From NCBI GenBank assembly GCA_965219535.1, contig CBDCNV010000002.1:1320001-1352000 (forward strand): a stretch of DNA of 32,000 nt, written 5' to 3'. Positions 7,420 through 16,297 of this stretch are shown piece by piece. Every line of letters begins with the position of its first letter. Position 1 is the stretch's first letter. The notes under the pieces were generated by a model that was not told the DNA's origin, did no database searches, and saw only the letters and a list, made by a program, of their open reading frames with translations. Both the position numbers and the translations under genes were made by a program. The DNA is from Opitutales bacterium (GTDB taxonomy: Bacteria; Verrucomicrobiota; Verrucomicrobiia; Opitutales; PNEW01).

Positions 7420-8037
7420 TCACCAACTATAAATATACTCCACCTTAACGCCGACTCCTTCCACTTCTACACCTCGTTCGATTTCAGTTTCTCCAAGGAA
7501 TTCGGATGATAGGCTGAGAGAATGTTTTTCGTTGAGCTTATAGATCAGGTTTACACCAGCATTATAGGTGAGTGATCCGTCCGAAAAGGACTCGGGAAAA
7601 GCGCCACCGCTCCCTGTCAACTCGGCATCCAAATAGGTGGCACCCGCGAATACTGAAATGAGAAATTCGCCCGTGATCGCGTGAATGAATTTTATATTGC
7701 TTGATATAAAATACAGCGATGTGTCATAGCGTGTATTGGGTTGAGCATAGCGAACGTTAGGCAGGGTAACGGCAGTTGAAGGATCGGTTCGCAAATCAAC
7801 ATCTGCGACCATCGCGCCATTGACTTCAAATGCCAACCAGGACGCAAGTGGGAATTCAACGCCAACTGAAAAGTAGGATGTCCATTCACTGTCTTCCTGG
7901 AGCGACGCAAAAATCGGCAAGTCGGATGCTTCGACCATAAATCCACCTCCGCCAATTTTTAACTTCGGATTGCCCTCAACCTTATGAATTAGAACGAATA
8001 ACAAAATTGAAAATAAGCTGAGAAACAGGTTCTTCAT
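7420..8037 (-). CDS. putative small outer-membrane beta-barrel protein
   Basis: Signal peptide MKNLFLSLFSILLFVLIHKVEG (ATG at 8037 preferred over 8064). Alternating hydrophobic pattern and aromatic C-terminus (EYIYSW). Function inferred from composition only. Confidence 0.55.
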   Translation of the reverse strand: MKNLFLSLFSILLFVLIHKVEGNPKLKIGGGGFMVEASDLPIFASLQEDSEWTSYFSVGVEFPLASWLAFEVNGAMVADVDLRTDPSTAVTLPNVRYAQPNTRYDTSLYFISSNIKFIHAITGEFLISVFAGATYLDAELTGSGGAFPESFSDGSLTYNAGVNLIYKLNEKHSLSLSSEFLGETEIERGVEVEGVGVKVEYIYSW

Positions 8038-8097
8038 TATTAGGTTGAGCGCTTTGAAAATCATTGAACAGTGGAAGTACTTCTCCTACCCCCCCTC

Positions 8098-8225
8098 TTG
8101 TCATTGCGAGGAGCATAGAGACGAAGCAAACCAGGGGGATAACGTTATGCTTCCGGTATTTCTCTGGAATGTAATATGTCGTTGCGCTCGGTAGCCACGG
8201 CTGATAAGCAGCCTCGCGATGACAA
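8098..8225 (+). repeat. MITE-like palindromic element, copy 3 (about 22-nt internal insertion)
   Basis: Same termini. The right inner arm is interrupted (TCTCTGGAAT-gtaatatgtcgttgcgctcggtag-CCACGGCTG). Confidence 0.8.
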
Positions 8226-8248
8226 AGTAAATAAAATGGGTATCACAA

Positions 8249-9367
8249 TCAATCGATATTCACCCGCACCCAGGGAATATTATAACTACCCTCTTCCACA
8301 CCCCAGAAGATTATGAGCAGATCGCCGTCCTGGAGTTGAGTAATTGCGGGGCATCCGAACTTAAGGGTTCCCATCTGGGCCCAATGGCTTTCCAAGTCAG
8401 TTCGGTGGGAGACCACTTCACCACCCCATAAGAGTTCCTCGTCAATTGTTTCCCAGGATGTGCCGTCGATCCGGACTACCGCTGCCCAGAGGCCTCGCTT
8501 ATCTGTCCTGCGGTAGGCAACAAGGATACGATCGTCACCTAAATTTATCAGGCGAGGTGTTTCACCGTTCAAGGGTGTCTCCAGGGGCGGATCAAATCCC
8601 TGTTCCGGGTCGTTGGAAAACGCCATCCGGTTGCGGACGCTTGCATTAATATTAAAGTCCCAGGTCCAGCACATCGCCATCCACCGACCGTCACTCAGAC
8701 GTGTCATGTCCTGCTCGTACCCGGTAAGCTTTTGTTCCCAGCCGGTGAAGACGGTGATTAAATCGGTCCAGGTGTTTCCGTTGTCTGGTGAGAAAAAGGC
8801 AAAGCCGTCAGGTCCCCATTTTCCAATCCCACCTTCCCAATTGGGCGAGGCTGAGGTTAAGGTAATCAGTTTTCCTTCGCCGATATGCATGGGAGGGGCG
8901 CAGGTTTCAAAGTTATGCCAATTGACCGGCATTTTTACGGGATGCAGTTCCGACCAGGTTTTCCCGTTGTCGGTCGAGCGAATGGTTGCAAAATCGGTTC
9001 GGCAGAATCCACCCGTCTCGTAGTTCGCAAAGCCCTCGTCGACTCGCGTCCGGTCAAAGAGGCACACCCAGCCCAGGAGGTCGCCACTGTCTACACGGCC
9101 AATGCGACAGGTGGTTGAGACTGGATGTTCAGACTCGTCGGGTTCGAATATTTTTTCCGGTTCCGACCAGCTGCGTCCGCCATCTTTGGACCGACAAAGG
9201 TAGGTACGGATATCCAGGCTCTCAAAAGCGCTCCCGATGTCCATAGCCGCCAGCAACTCGCCGTCATCCAACTGGACGAGGGTTGGAAAAGATGCGCCGC
9301 GCGCCCAAAGATGGGGCTTCGGGTTCCGGTAGACATGACCGGTATCGACGATGTTAATTTTCCCCAT
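8249..9367 (-). CDS. BNR-repeat sialidase-like glycosidase, no signal peptide
   Basis: Asp-boxes SKDGGRSW, STDNGKTW and SPDNGNTW. N-terminal VYRNP resembles the (F/Y)RIP motif. Confidence 0.75.
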   Translation of the reverse strand: MGKINIVDTGHVYRNPKPHLWARGASFPTLVQLDDGELLAAMDIGSAFESLDIRTYLCRSKDGGRSWSEPEKIFEPDESEHPVSTTCRIGRVDSGDLLGWVCLFDRTRVDEGFANYETGGFCRTDFATIRSTDNGKTWSELHPVKMPVNWHNFETCAPPMHIGEGKLITLTSASPNWEGGIGKWGPDGFAFFSPDNGNTWTDLITVFTGWEQKLTGYEQDMTRLSDGRWMAMCWTWDFNINASVRNRMAFSNDPEQGFDPPLETPLNGETPRLINLGDDRILVAYRRTDKRGLWAAVVRIDGTSWETIDEELLWGGEVVSHRTDLESHWAQMGTLKFGCPAITQLQDGDLLIIFWGVEEGSYNIPWVRVNID

Positions 9368-9460
9368 TATATATCCCTAGCTCTTATTTTATTCTCCAGC
9401 AGTGTCGCACTGTAAGTCGTGGTGAAAATCGTCATGTCCTGTCAAGATGAGGAAGGGATG

Positions 9461-9489
9461 GTAAAAAGTCAAAGGTCGAAGGTTTAAAG
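9461..9489 (+). repeat. degenerate octamer array
   Basis: gtaaaaagtcaaaggtcgaaggtttaaag in the divergent gap 9368-9570. Confidence 0.6.
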
Positions 9490-9570
9490 CTTATCCTTCA
9501 ATAATTAAAAATCGATTGGATAAACTTGTCTTTTGCGTCCGCTATCGTGCAACCTGTAAGCAATCCCGTT

Positions 9571-11562
9571 ATGTCTATCGAATTTAAAATTGAAGAAACG
9601 GCAATCGAGTTGGAGTTCAAGTTAGAGCCATCGGTTTCCCGCTGGGAAAGAAGATCCGAGAGCGAAAATGGCAAGCCGTTAACTTATAAAGGTGACGATT
9701 ACACCCTGGTATTAGAAAAATATCCTGCTGATGGCTATGTCTCGGTGGAATTCACCTTGCGGCGCGCCTCGGGAGTACCTTTTGTTCTCCACAATTACGT
9801 GCTGCAGACCCACAGTAGCGGGGTCGGTGTGGACAGGATATGGACGCCTTTTCACTTGGATGATTGGGTGGAAGGGATAGGTATGCCCAGGTATGTTAAA
9901 CACTCGGGTGGCCCTATGATTAGCATGGCATCTAAAGGGATTCCTCTCATAGCTGCGTTTAACAGAAAAGGGATAACCAAACTCGCTGTTGGATTCCTCG
10001 ATCAGCGAATCGAGACAGAGATTCGACATCATGCCCCTACGACACACCCTTCTTCGACCCAGCCTCGTGGATCACTGAATTTTCGTTTACAAAGACCTAT
10101 TGATGGATATTCCCTCGGTGAAGTAGTCGAGCATAGCGATGGATTTTTGATCTCCTCTGGTTCACCCTACCTTGAAAACTTGAAATATCTGCGTTCTGCC
10201 TTTGATAGCAGAACCGGAAGGAAATTCCGTCCAAGTCCTGACGCTGCATGGGAACCCCTCCTCGCTCCCTGGGGCGCACCGAAAGGAAATTGGGAGTGGA
10301 TGGAATACAATGATCAGGGGCCCGACGATTTGTGTGAAGTTGCGAACCTAGCAGCCGATCTAGGCTTTAAAGGTTTTGTAAACTATAGTGGTTGGTTTCT
10401 AGACTCGATGAGGGAAAAAACACGTACCGAGATGCCTGAAATCACTTTTTGGGGGTACCCTGACGAAATAGGAGATTATGTACCAAACCCAAAGTTTCCC
10501 AATTACAAGGGGTTTATCAGTCGAATTAAAAAATCAGGTATGTTGTGGTTGCCTTGGATTTCACCCTGGTTGGCGGGAAAGAATACCAGCGCCAGTGAGA
10601 AACTCAAAGATGCTTTTATCGAAGTGGAAGTTGAGCCCTCCCAATTACGTTATTATCCTGACCTGAAGAAGTCATTCCTGTGTCCGCGTAATCCTTTCAC
10701 TCAGGAATACGTTGTCGATTTGGTGACAAAAGTATTTAAAGTGAGCGAAGCCGATGGATTCGTGATAGACATGATCGATTCCATGCCGTTAGAGCCTTGC
10801 ATCGCTGATCATGAGCACAACTATTCTTCCATTGGCATGGCAATGGCGGATTCTCTTGATCGTATCGTGGAAGCTATTCGTGCTATAAATCCTAATGCAC
10901 TAATCGAGTTCAGACCTCGTTATTCGAATATCTTAAATATGTATAATGCGACTCAGCACCGGTCGCATGATTCTGGAGAAGCGGGGGCTTATGATATGAA
11001 TCGGAGGCATTGCCTGCTAATGCGTTCATTCATTCCACCGGGTATCGCCGTTCACACGGATCCTGAATATTGGCACATCCAAGAGAAGAACGAGACAGTG
11101 GCGAAGAAGCTTTCGACACTGGTAATTTCTGGAGTGCCCCAATTGTGTACCGACATCGTAAATATGACCGACGATCATCGCAGGCTGACAAAAGCCTGGC
11201 TCTCTTTTTATCAAGAACATAAGGAAGATTTCCGGCACAGCCGGATGCGGCCGATACAGAATGATCCGCAGTTCTCTACCATCCTCGTTGAAAGCGACAA
11301 GAAAGCTTTCGTCAGCTATGCGAGTTTCCCTGCATTAAAAGTGCCTTTGAGTAAACAATTCGAAGAGATATACCTTTTTAATTGTACGAATGAGGATTCG
11401 CTTTATACCATCCTTTTGAATATTGAGGGAGAATTCCGATCGATCACTTATCACTACGACCTGTCACCTCTTTCTGAGACAACATTACGGTCTTCCGATA
11501 ATTCTCTACTCGTTGACCTGAATATTCCTGAAGGCGGTTTGGTAGCGCTTACACGTGTATAA
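9571..11562 (+). CDS. hypothetical protein, possibly clan GH-D (alpha-galactosidase-like) TIM-barrel glycosidase
   Basis: Long ORF. The central region (GFKGFVNYSGWF ... GDYVPNPKFPNYKGFISRIKKSGMLWLPWISPW ... LCPRNPFTQEYVVDLV ... ADGFVIDMID) has the block order of GH36/GH27-type enzymes by eye. ATG at 9571 preferred over TTG at 9526. No signal peptide. Confidence 0.55.
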   Translation: MSIEFKIEETAIELEFKLEPSVSRWERRSESENGKPLTYKGDDYTLVLEKYPADGYVSVEFTLRRASGVPFVLHNYVLQTHSSGVGVDRIWTPFHLDDWVEGIGMPRYVKHSGGPMISMASKGIPLIAAFNRKGITKLAVGFLDQRIETEIRHHAPTTHPSSTQPRGSLNFRLQRPIDGYSLGEVVEHSDGFLISSGSPYLENLKYLRSAFDSRTGRKFRPSPDAAWEPLLAPWGAPKGNWEWMEYNDQGPDDLCEVANLAADLGFKGFVNYSGWFLDSMREKTRTEMPEITFWGYPDEIGDYVPNPKFPNYKGFISRIKKSGMLWLPWISPWLAGKNTSASEKLKDAFIEVEVEPSQLRYYPDLKKSFLCPRNPFTQEYVVDLVTKVFKVSEADGFVIDMIDSMPLEPCIADHEHNYSSIGMAMADSLDRIVEAIRAINPNALIEFRPRYSNILNMYNATQHRSHDSGEAGAYDMNRRHCLLMRSFIPPGIAVHTDPEYWHIQEKNETVAKKLSTLVISGVPQLCTDIVNMTDDHRRLTKAWLSFYQEHKEDFRHSRMRPIQNDPQFSTILVESDKKAFVSYASFPALKVPLSKQFEEIYLFNCTNEDSLYTILLNIEGEFRSITYHYDLSPLSETTLRSSDNSLLVDLNIPEGGLVALTRV

Positions 11563-11646
11563 TCACTTCTTCAATAATAAATTAATCAAACGCGCTAGGA
11601 AACAGCTTTCCGTTCCACCTTATGTCTATCCAATCCAAAAAAGTTA

Positions 11647-11695
11647 ATCTTGCATCCTGTATCATGCATCTTGTATCAATCCTCAATCTGAAATC
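11647..11695 (+). repeat. heptamer array (TTGCATC/TGTATCA-type)
   Basis: atcttgcatcctgtatcatgcatcttgtatcaatcctcaatctgaaatc. Confidence 0.75.
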
Positions 11696-11696
11696 A

Positions 11697-11720
11697 GTAC
11701 TGAGGGCGAAGCCCGACAGC
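11697..11720 (-). repeat. TGTCGGGCTWCGCCCTCRGTAC motif copy (inverted)
   Basis: The reverse complement reads gctgtcgggcttcgccctcagtac. Lies 14 nt upstream of ATG 11734. Confidence 0.65.
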
Positions 11721-11733
11721 CCCCTAAATTGAA

Positions 11734-13224
11734 ATGACCTGTTATCGTACTGCTTATCACTATCAACCGCCTTCCGGGTATTGTGGTGACCCGTTATCAT
11801 TCTGTTGGAATGGTGAGTATCACATTTTCCCCAATCATATTGAGTGCACAGGGAAAGATTGGAACCCGTGGTTACATGGGGGGGGCGACTGGGGGCATAT
11901 CGTGAGTAATGACCTGGTGCACTGGCGACAATTGCCGGACGCCCTGGTAACGACACCAGGAGGAGTTGACAGTGACGGCTGCTGGAGCGGTAGTATTGTT
12001 GAGAACAACGGGGTGTTTCATATCCTCTATACAGGGCTTCACAAAAACACACCCATCTCGCATCCCAAGGAAGGTGCGACATTCACTCAGAATCATGCGA
12101 CAAGCACCGATATGATTCACTGGGTAAAGGATCCCCGGAATCCGATTCTTTCCTCACCACCCAAAGGCTACGGTGAGAACAAATTCCCGGGTACCTTCTT
12201 TCACGACCCGTTCGTGTGGAAGGAAGCAGATAGTTGGTACATGATCGTGGACACCTACGACGCGGCTGTGCCGATTGACAGAATGCTGCTTTACCGCTCG
12301 AACAATCTCATCGACTGGGAGTTCCTCCAATCGCTTTTCGAAAACGAGGGAAAGATACATTCACCCCTGCCGGATTTCTTTCCCTTGGATGGGAAACACG
12401 TGCTTTTAATTAATGGTTTAAGAAAAGAAGGGGATACCTATTCATTCGGTTATTACAACCATTGGTATGTCGGGCAATATCGGGACCATCGATTTTATCC
12501 CGAAACAGAGGGGGAACTTGATGGTGGATACCTGCATGCGGTAAGGACCTGTTACGATCATAGAAAGAGGCGTTTATTATGGGGGATGGTACGGGAAGGC
12601 AGACCTCGTGAAGAAGTACTGAAGGAAAATTGGGCGCAGGCCATGTCACTGCCGAGAGTCCTCTCGCTGTCTGATGATGGTCAACTCTTAGTCGAGCCGG
12701 TACCCGAGTTGGAGGCGCTTCGTTTGCGACACAAGCGCGTGGAAAAGTTTGATTATCGGCCGACACACAAGATTGCGGATCATGGTGTGCAGATTATGGA
12801 GAGTATTAAGGGCGACTGTTTAGAGATTGTAGCACGGCTGCGGCCCCTAACCGCGCAACAGTTCGGGCTCGCTGTCTGCTGCGCTCCAGACATGAGTGAA
12901 TACACGACAATCACCCTGGATTGCATTAACGGGACGTTAAAGACCTGCAATTACTCTTCTCCTGCTGGAGGCGAAGTCGTGATGGATGGGGTATTCAACA
13001 CAGCGCCATGGAGCCCGGAGAAAAATGATGAGGTCGAGTTGCACGTATATGTCGACCACTCTGTAATTGAGATATTTGTCGGTGAAGGCAGAACCTCACT
13101 GACCTGGCGCGTGTATCCGACGCATCCCGAAAGCAACCACCTCGGTGTGTTTGCAATGCAGGGTGAAGTCGAGGTGACATCACTCGAGGTCTGGGAGATG
13201 AGATCAGTGAACAGTAAACAGTGA
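11734..13224 (+). CDS. glycoside hydrolase family 32 homolog (beta-fructofuranosidase-like), atypical active site
   Basis: YHYQPPSGYCGDPLS...YHIF (block A, Asp kept), WGHIVSNDLVHWRQLP, CWSGSIV, FHDPFVW (RDP-like) and AMSLPRVL. The EC-motif Glu position reads SPLPDFF. The tail SVNSKQ is encoded by a GTGAACA-type array. Confidence 0.8.
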   Translation: MTCYRTAYHYQPPSGYCGDPLSFCWNGEYHIFPNHIECTGKDWNPWLHGGGDWGHIVSNDLVHWRQLPDALVTTPGGVDSDGCWSGSIVENNGVFHILYTGLHKNTPISHPKEGATFTQNHATSTDMIHWVKDPRNPILSSPPKGYGENKFPGTFFHDPFVWKEADSWYMIVDTYDAAVPIDRMLLYRSNNLIDWEFLQSLFENEGKIHSPLPDFFPLDGKHVLLINGLRKEGDTYSFGYYNHWYVGQYRDHRFYPETEGELDGGYLHAVRTCYDHRKRRLLWGMVREGRPREEVLKENWAQAMSLPRVLSLSDDGQLLVEPVPELEALRLRHKRVEKFDYRPTHKIADHGVQIMESIKGDCLEIVARLRPLTAQQFGLAVCCAPDMSEYTTITLDCINGTLKTCNYSSPAGGEVVMDGVFNTAPWSPEKNDEVELHVYVDHSVIEIFVGEGRTSLTWRVYPTHPESNHLGVFAMQGEVEVTSLEVWEMRSVNSKQ

Positions 13225-13225
13225 G
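13205..13225 (+). repeat. heptamer array (GTGAACA-type)
   Basis: cagtgaacagtaaacagtgag. Overlaps the last codons and TGA of the GH32 gene. Confidence 0.7.
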
Positions 13226-13239
13226 GCAATGGCCAATTT

Positions 13240-13270
13240 GAAAGATGTCGGACTTTGCCCTCGGTACGCG
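13240..13270 (+). repeat. GAAGATGTCGG...CTCGGTAC motif copy
   Basis: gaaagatgtcggactttgccctcggtacgcg, 16 nt after the GH32 stop. Confidence 0.7.
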
Positions 13271-13293
13271 TATATGTATTTCCTCATTTGACT

Positions 13294-13761
13294 TTAGACT
13301 TTATCTGATAATTCAGCCATCCGGGGATTCTCAACTCTTTGAAAATCTTTAAACGAGAGAGAAAAAGAGATGCAGTGATCACCGGCATTGAAATTTATTT
13401 TTTCTTCCTCGGCGAGTGCGAGATCACATACTGTTCGGATCGACCATAAACTGCCAAACGGGGGGATCGCACCCGGCTTCAGTCCCGTTAGTTCAAATAG
13501 TTCATCCTCGCTCGCGAACCTGAACTTTTTAAAACGCAGTTCTTTACGCACGCGTTTTGTCGCGAGCCGACGATTACCCGGCATCGCAAAAAGGACGTAA
13601 TCGTCATTGGTTTTGCATATCAACGCCTTGGCACCGCTCGATAAAGAAACCCCGCGGACTTTCGCTGCCTCTTCACTCGTATAGACCGGCTCGTGCTTCA
13701 TGACCTCATACGGAATAGATTTTTCCGTCAGGAATTGTGCAAGTCTGTCTGAGACGGGCAT
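13294..13761 (-). CDS. YbaK/EbsC-type aminoacyl-tRNA editing (deacylase) domain protein
   Basis: About 155 aa with SGAKALICK...GAIPPFG pattern typical of the YbaK/ProX family. Confidence 0.8.
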   Translation of the reverse strand: MPVSDRLAQFLTEKSIPYEVMKHEPVYTSEEAAKVRGVSLSSGAKALICKTNDDYVLFAMPGNRRLATKRVRKELRFKKFRFASEDELFELTGLKPGAIPPFGSLWSIRTVCDLALAEEEKINFNAGDHCISFSLSFKDFQRVENPRMAELSDKV

Positions 13762-13764
13762 TGT

Positions 13765-13804
13765 GAATTAAGTTAAGAATTAGAAATTAGGAATTATGAA
13801 ATAA
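13765..13804 (+). repeat. heptamer array (GAATTAR-type)
   Basis: gaattaagttaagaattagaaattaggaattatgaaataa. Begins 4 nt from the minus-strand ATG at 13761. Confidence 0.75.
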
Positions 13805-13825
13805 TCGTGGAGGGACATGCGGTGC

Positions 13826-13861
13826 CTGTCGGCCATAGCCCATAGGGCGAAGGGTGATAGC
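13826..13861 (+). repeat. GCCATAGCC...GGCGAAGG motif copy
   Basis: ctgtcggccatagcccatagggcgaagggtgatagc. Confidence 0.55.
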
Positions 13862-14005
13862 ATCCGTGAATACGCATCCTGACTTAACCTCAAAGACGTT
13901 AGTAGTACAATTTCTCGTTATCAATTGACTCAATTTCTTTTAAATATTAATTAGATATAGCGCTTCGCAAGTGATCAAGTACAATGCCTACATCATTATA
14001 GAACG

Positions 14006-16228
14006 ATGAGCACTAAAAAATATAATATAACAGTTATATTATTATTATGTTTACCTCCCATGGTCTTAGCCCAACCTCAGACCCTTGATACTTTTTTCGA
14101 TTTTGAGAATGTCACGGCTGAAGGATCAGAATTCATCATCGGGGAAGCACCTTTTACGATCCGGATTATTGGCTTCACTTTGCAAGATGTAGAAAACCCC
14201 AGCCTCGCTCATTCGGGTAGTCGAGCATTGGTTCTAGATCCAAGTGTTTCGGATCATAAAATATTATTTGAAAGGGGAGTTAACCTGCTTCAGTTCTACG
14301 CTACGGATACATTGGGAGGTGGTAGGATCGAACTTAGAGATAAAAATTTTCTGACTTTAGCCACTGCAGGCGTTGTCAACGGCTTGCCGACCACTCCCGG
14401 TTTACAAAGTTTCGTCGCCTTCAGTGGGGATGTTCAGGATTTAACTGATTTGAATTTTACGAGTGGCATAACAGAGGTAAAAATAGTCAATCCGGGAGGA
14501 CAAGTCGCTATCGATGACTTCGGATTTACTTATGTCGTGGGGCCACCGAATAATACGATATTTGATGATTTTGAGATGGCTGCGCAACGTGCGATTTTTC
14601 TACCCCCTAATGGTAGCAAAAATAATTTTACTATCGGCTTTCCGCCTTACACCGCCACCGTTACGGGGGGTGTTGTCTCAAAAGGCCTGATAAATTTTTA
14701 CCACACCGAACCTGGAGCGGATGGGTGGTTTTGGGCGGTTGTAGCCCCGGAGATCACAGGCCAACCAATAGTAGAAGCTACAGGAGTGATCGATTTTGAA
14801 ACCCCGGTAGCCCAGGTACAGTTCTATGCTGCTGTATTTTTAGAGAACGATGGCTTAATCGAAATATTCGATCCTGAAGGTAATCTACTTACTTCGACCG
14901 ATGATATTGGCATGAATATAAATATTGGCTTGAGTCAGCCTTTTACCTTTCTCGACTTCAATGCGATGGAATTGGGCGCCCCAGGTGGGATCGGAAGTGT
15001 CCACTATACAAATAGGGTGAGCGCCTCGACACAGGGAGATGTTGATAGTATCAGTATTGATGACATTGGGTATACCCCTGTTGGCGCGCCAGGTAGTGGA
15101 ACAGCTGGACCACCGCCCGTGCAAGGCCCCTCTATTACTACCCAACCTACAAGCCAGGAAGTGCAGTCCGGAATGGCTATAGTTTTAACAGTTGCGGCGA
15201 GCGGTGATGATCTAAATTACCAATGGTATACTGGCAACAGCGGTGACACCGCTAATCCCATATCCGGTGCCACCAACAACACTTTAACTACCGGCGCTCA
15301 AACCGCGAGCACGAACTACTGGGTTCAGGTAACTAACACCGGAGGCATTGTTGACAGCGAAACCGCGGTCATAACGGTAGCAGCACCCTCTGTGCCCCTC
15401 GTCCTCAACGGTATGGGTGATATCGCCGGTGAGAATATCCAGCATCCCAATGGAAACGTATTCGACCAGATTTTACTCACCGGTGAATCCATCCAACTGC
15501 AGGCCAGACCCGGACAAATCACACGGGTCTCCTTCATGGATGAAACCGAGGACATAGTGCAGGTTGAGTTTTCAGGTACGGGGACCTTTACCGTTACCCT
15601 TGATCCGGCCACCTTCCTGCCCCCGGCCATTCCCCCACGCTACAACCAGGCGGTAGAGTATGTAACAGGGAAACCCAGCGTGGTCATCGATGGAGCCGAT
15701 TCCAGTACTTTCTTCAGTATCTTCACGGTAGGATCAATCAACGCCGTAAACCAGGCGCTGTTCCCCGAAGGACAGGTCTATGATGCCCAAGCCGACGTCA
15801 CCCTGGTTGAAGTAATCAACTCCATGGGAATGGGAGGAATGCAGCTATCGAATACTGTCTTCAGTGGAAGCACCGGCAAGACCGGTGTCGATGCGCGAGG
15901 AGTCCCGATCGCGGTACGCTTAACCGTCGGCGACATCGATGCCGATGGCGATGCGGTACCGCACCTTTTATTCGGGGAAGGGTCCTTCACGGTTGCTGCC
16001 GGTAACCCCGGGTTGCGAATCACCGGAGGTGACCTGTTTCAGACGAATGGAGCTTCGGTCGTAGTCGCGGAGAGTGGTTCGACAACCACCGGGTTTCAGA
16101 CTTTGATTACGCAGAACAATTTTAAATCGGACAACACCCCTCAGCCGACTCAGAGCATCGATGCCACCTTTGCCAACGAGGACGGAGACGACATCACGGC
16201 AATTCTCGAGGAGATCACTATTGAGTGA
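14006..16228 (+). CDS. secreted modular protein with two paralogous N-terminal modules and an Ig-like domain
   Basis: Signal peptide (LLLCLPPMVLAQP). Two about 170-aa modules end in IDDFGFTYV and IDDIGYTPV. An Ig-like segment (ITTQPTSQEVQSG...YQWYTGNSGD...YWVQVTN) follows, then a C-terminal region with no family motif recognised by eye. Confidence 0.7.
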   Translation: MSTKKYNITVILLLCLPPMVLAQPQTLDTFFDFENVTAEGSEFIIGEAPFTIRIIGFTLQDVENPSLAHSGSRALVLDPSVSDHKILFERGVNLLQFYATDTLGGGRIELRDKNFLTLATAGVVNGLPTTPGLQSFVAFSGDVQDLTDLNFTSGITEVKIVNPGGQVAIDDFGFTYVVGPPNNTIFDDFEMAAQRAIFLPPNGSKNNFTIGFPPYTATVTGGVVSKGLINFYHTEPGADGWFWAVVAPEITGQPIVEATGVIDFETPVAQVQFYAAVFLENDGLIEIFDPEGNLLTSTDDIGMNINIGLSQPFTFLDFNAMELGAPGGIGSVHYTNRVSASTQGDVDSISIDDIGYTPVGAPGSGTAGPPPVQGPSITTQPTSQEVQSGMAIVLTVAASGDDLNYQWYTGNSGDTANPISGATNNTLTTGAQTASTNYWVQVTNTGGIVDSETAVITVAAPSVPLVLNGMGDIAGENIQHPNGNVFDQILLTGESIQLQARPGQITRVSFMDETEDIVQVEFSGTGTFTVTLDPATFLPPAIPPRYNQAVEYVTGKPSVVIDGADSSTFFSIFTVGSINAVNQALFPEGQVYDAQADVTLVEVINSMGMGGMQLSNTVFSGSTGKTGVDARGVPIAVRLTVGDIDADGDAVPHLLFGEGSFTVAAGNPGLRITGGDLFQTNGASVVVAESGSTTTGFQTLITQNNFKSDNTPQPTQSIDATFANEDGDDITAILEEITIE

Positions 16229-16297
16229 TCTCACCGAGAAGTGGTAGGTTATAAATAAAGACGGAACTCGATCACCGGTTATCCGGCTACCTGGTCT

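Noticed and set aside
9140-9150. gggttcgaata, resembling a tRNA T-arm/T-loop.
   Set aside because: It lies inside the BNR coding region. I could find no acceptor or anticodon-stem complement around it.
11582-12082. 166-aa minus-strand ORF overlapping the GH32 start and the heptamer array.
   Set aside because: It is antisense to a well-supported GH32 coding region and extends over repeats. Its composition (Arg/Ser/Cys-rich) is typical of an out-of-frame shadow ORF. Many other 60-150-aa shadow ORFs in the track were rejected for the same reason.
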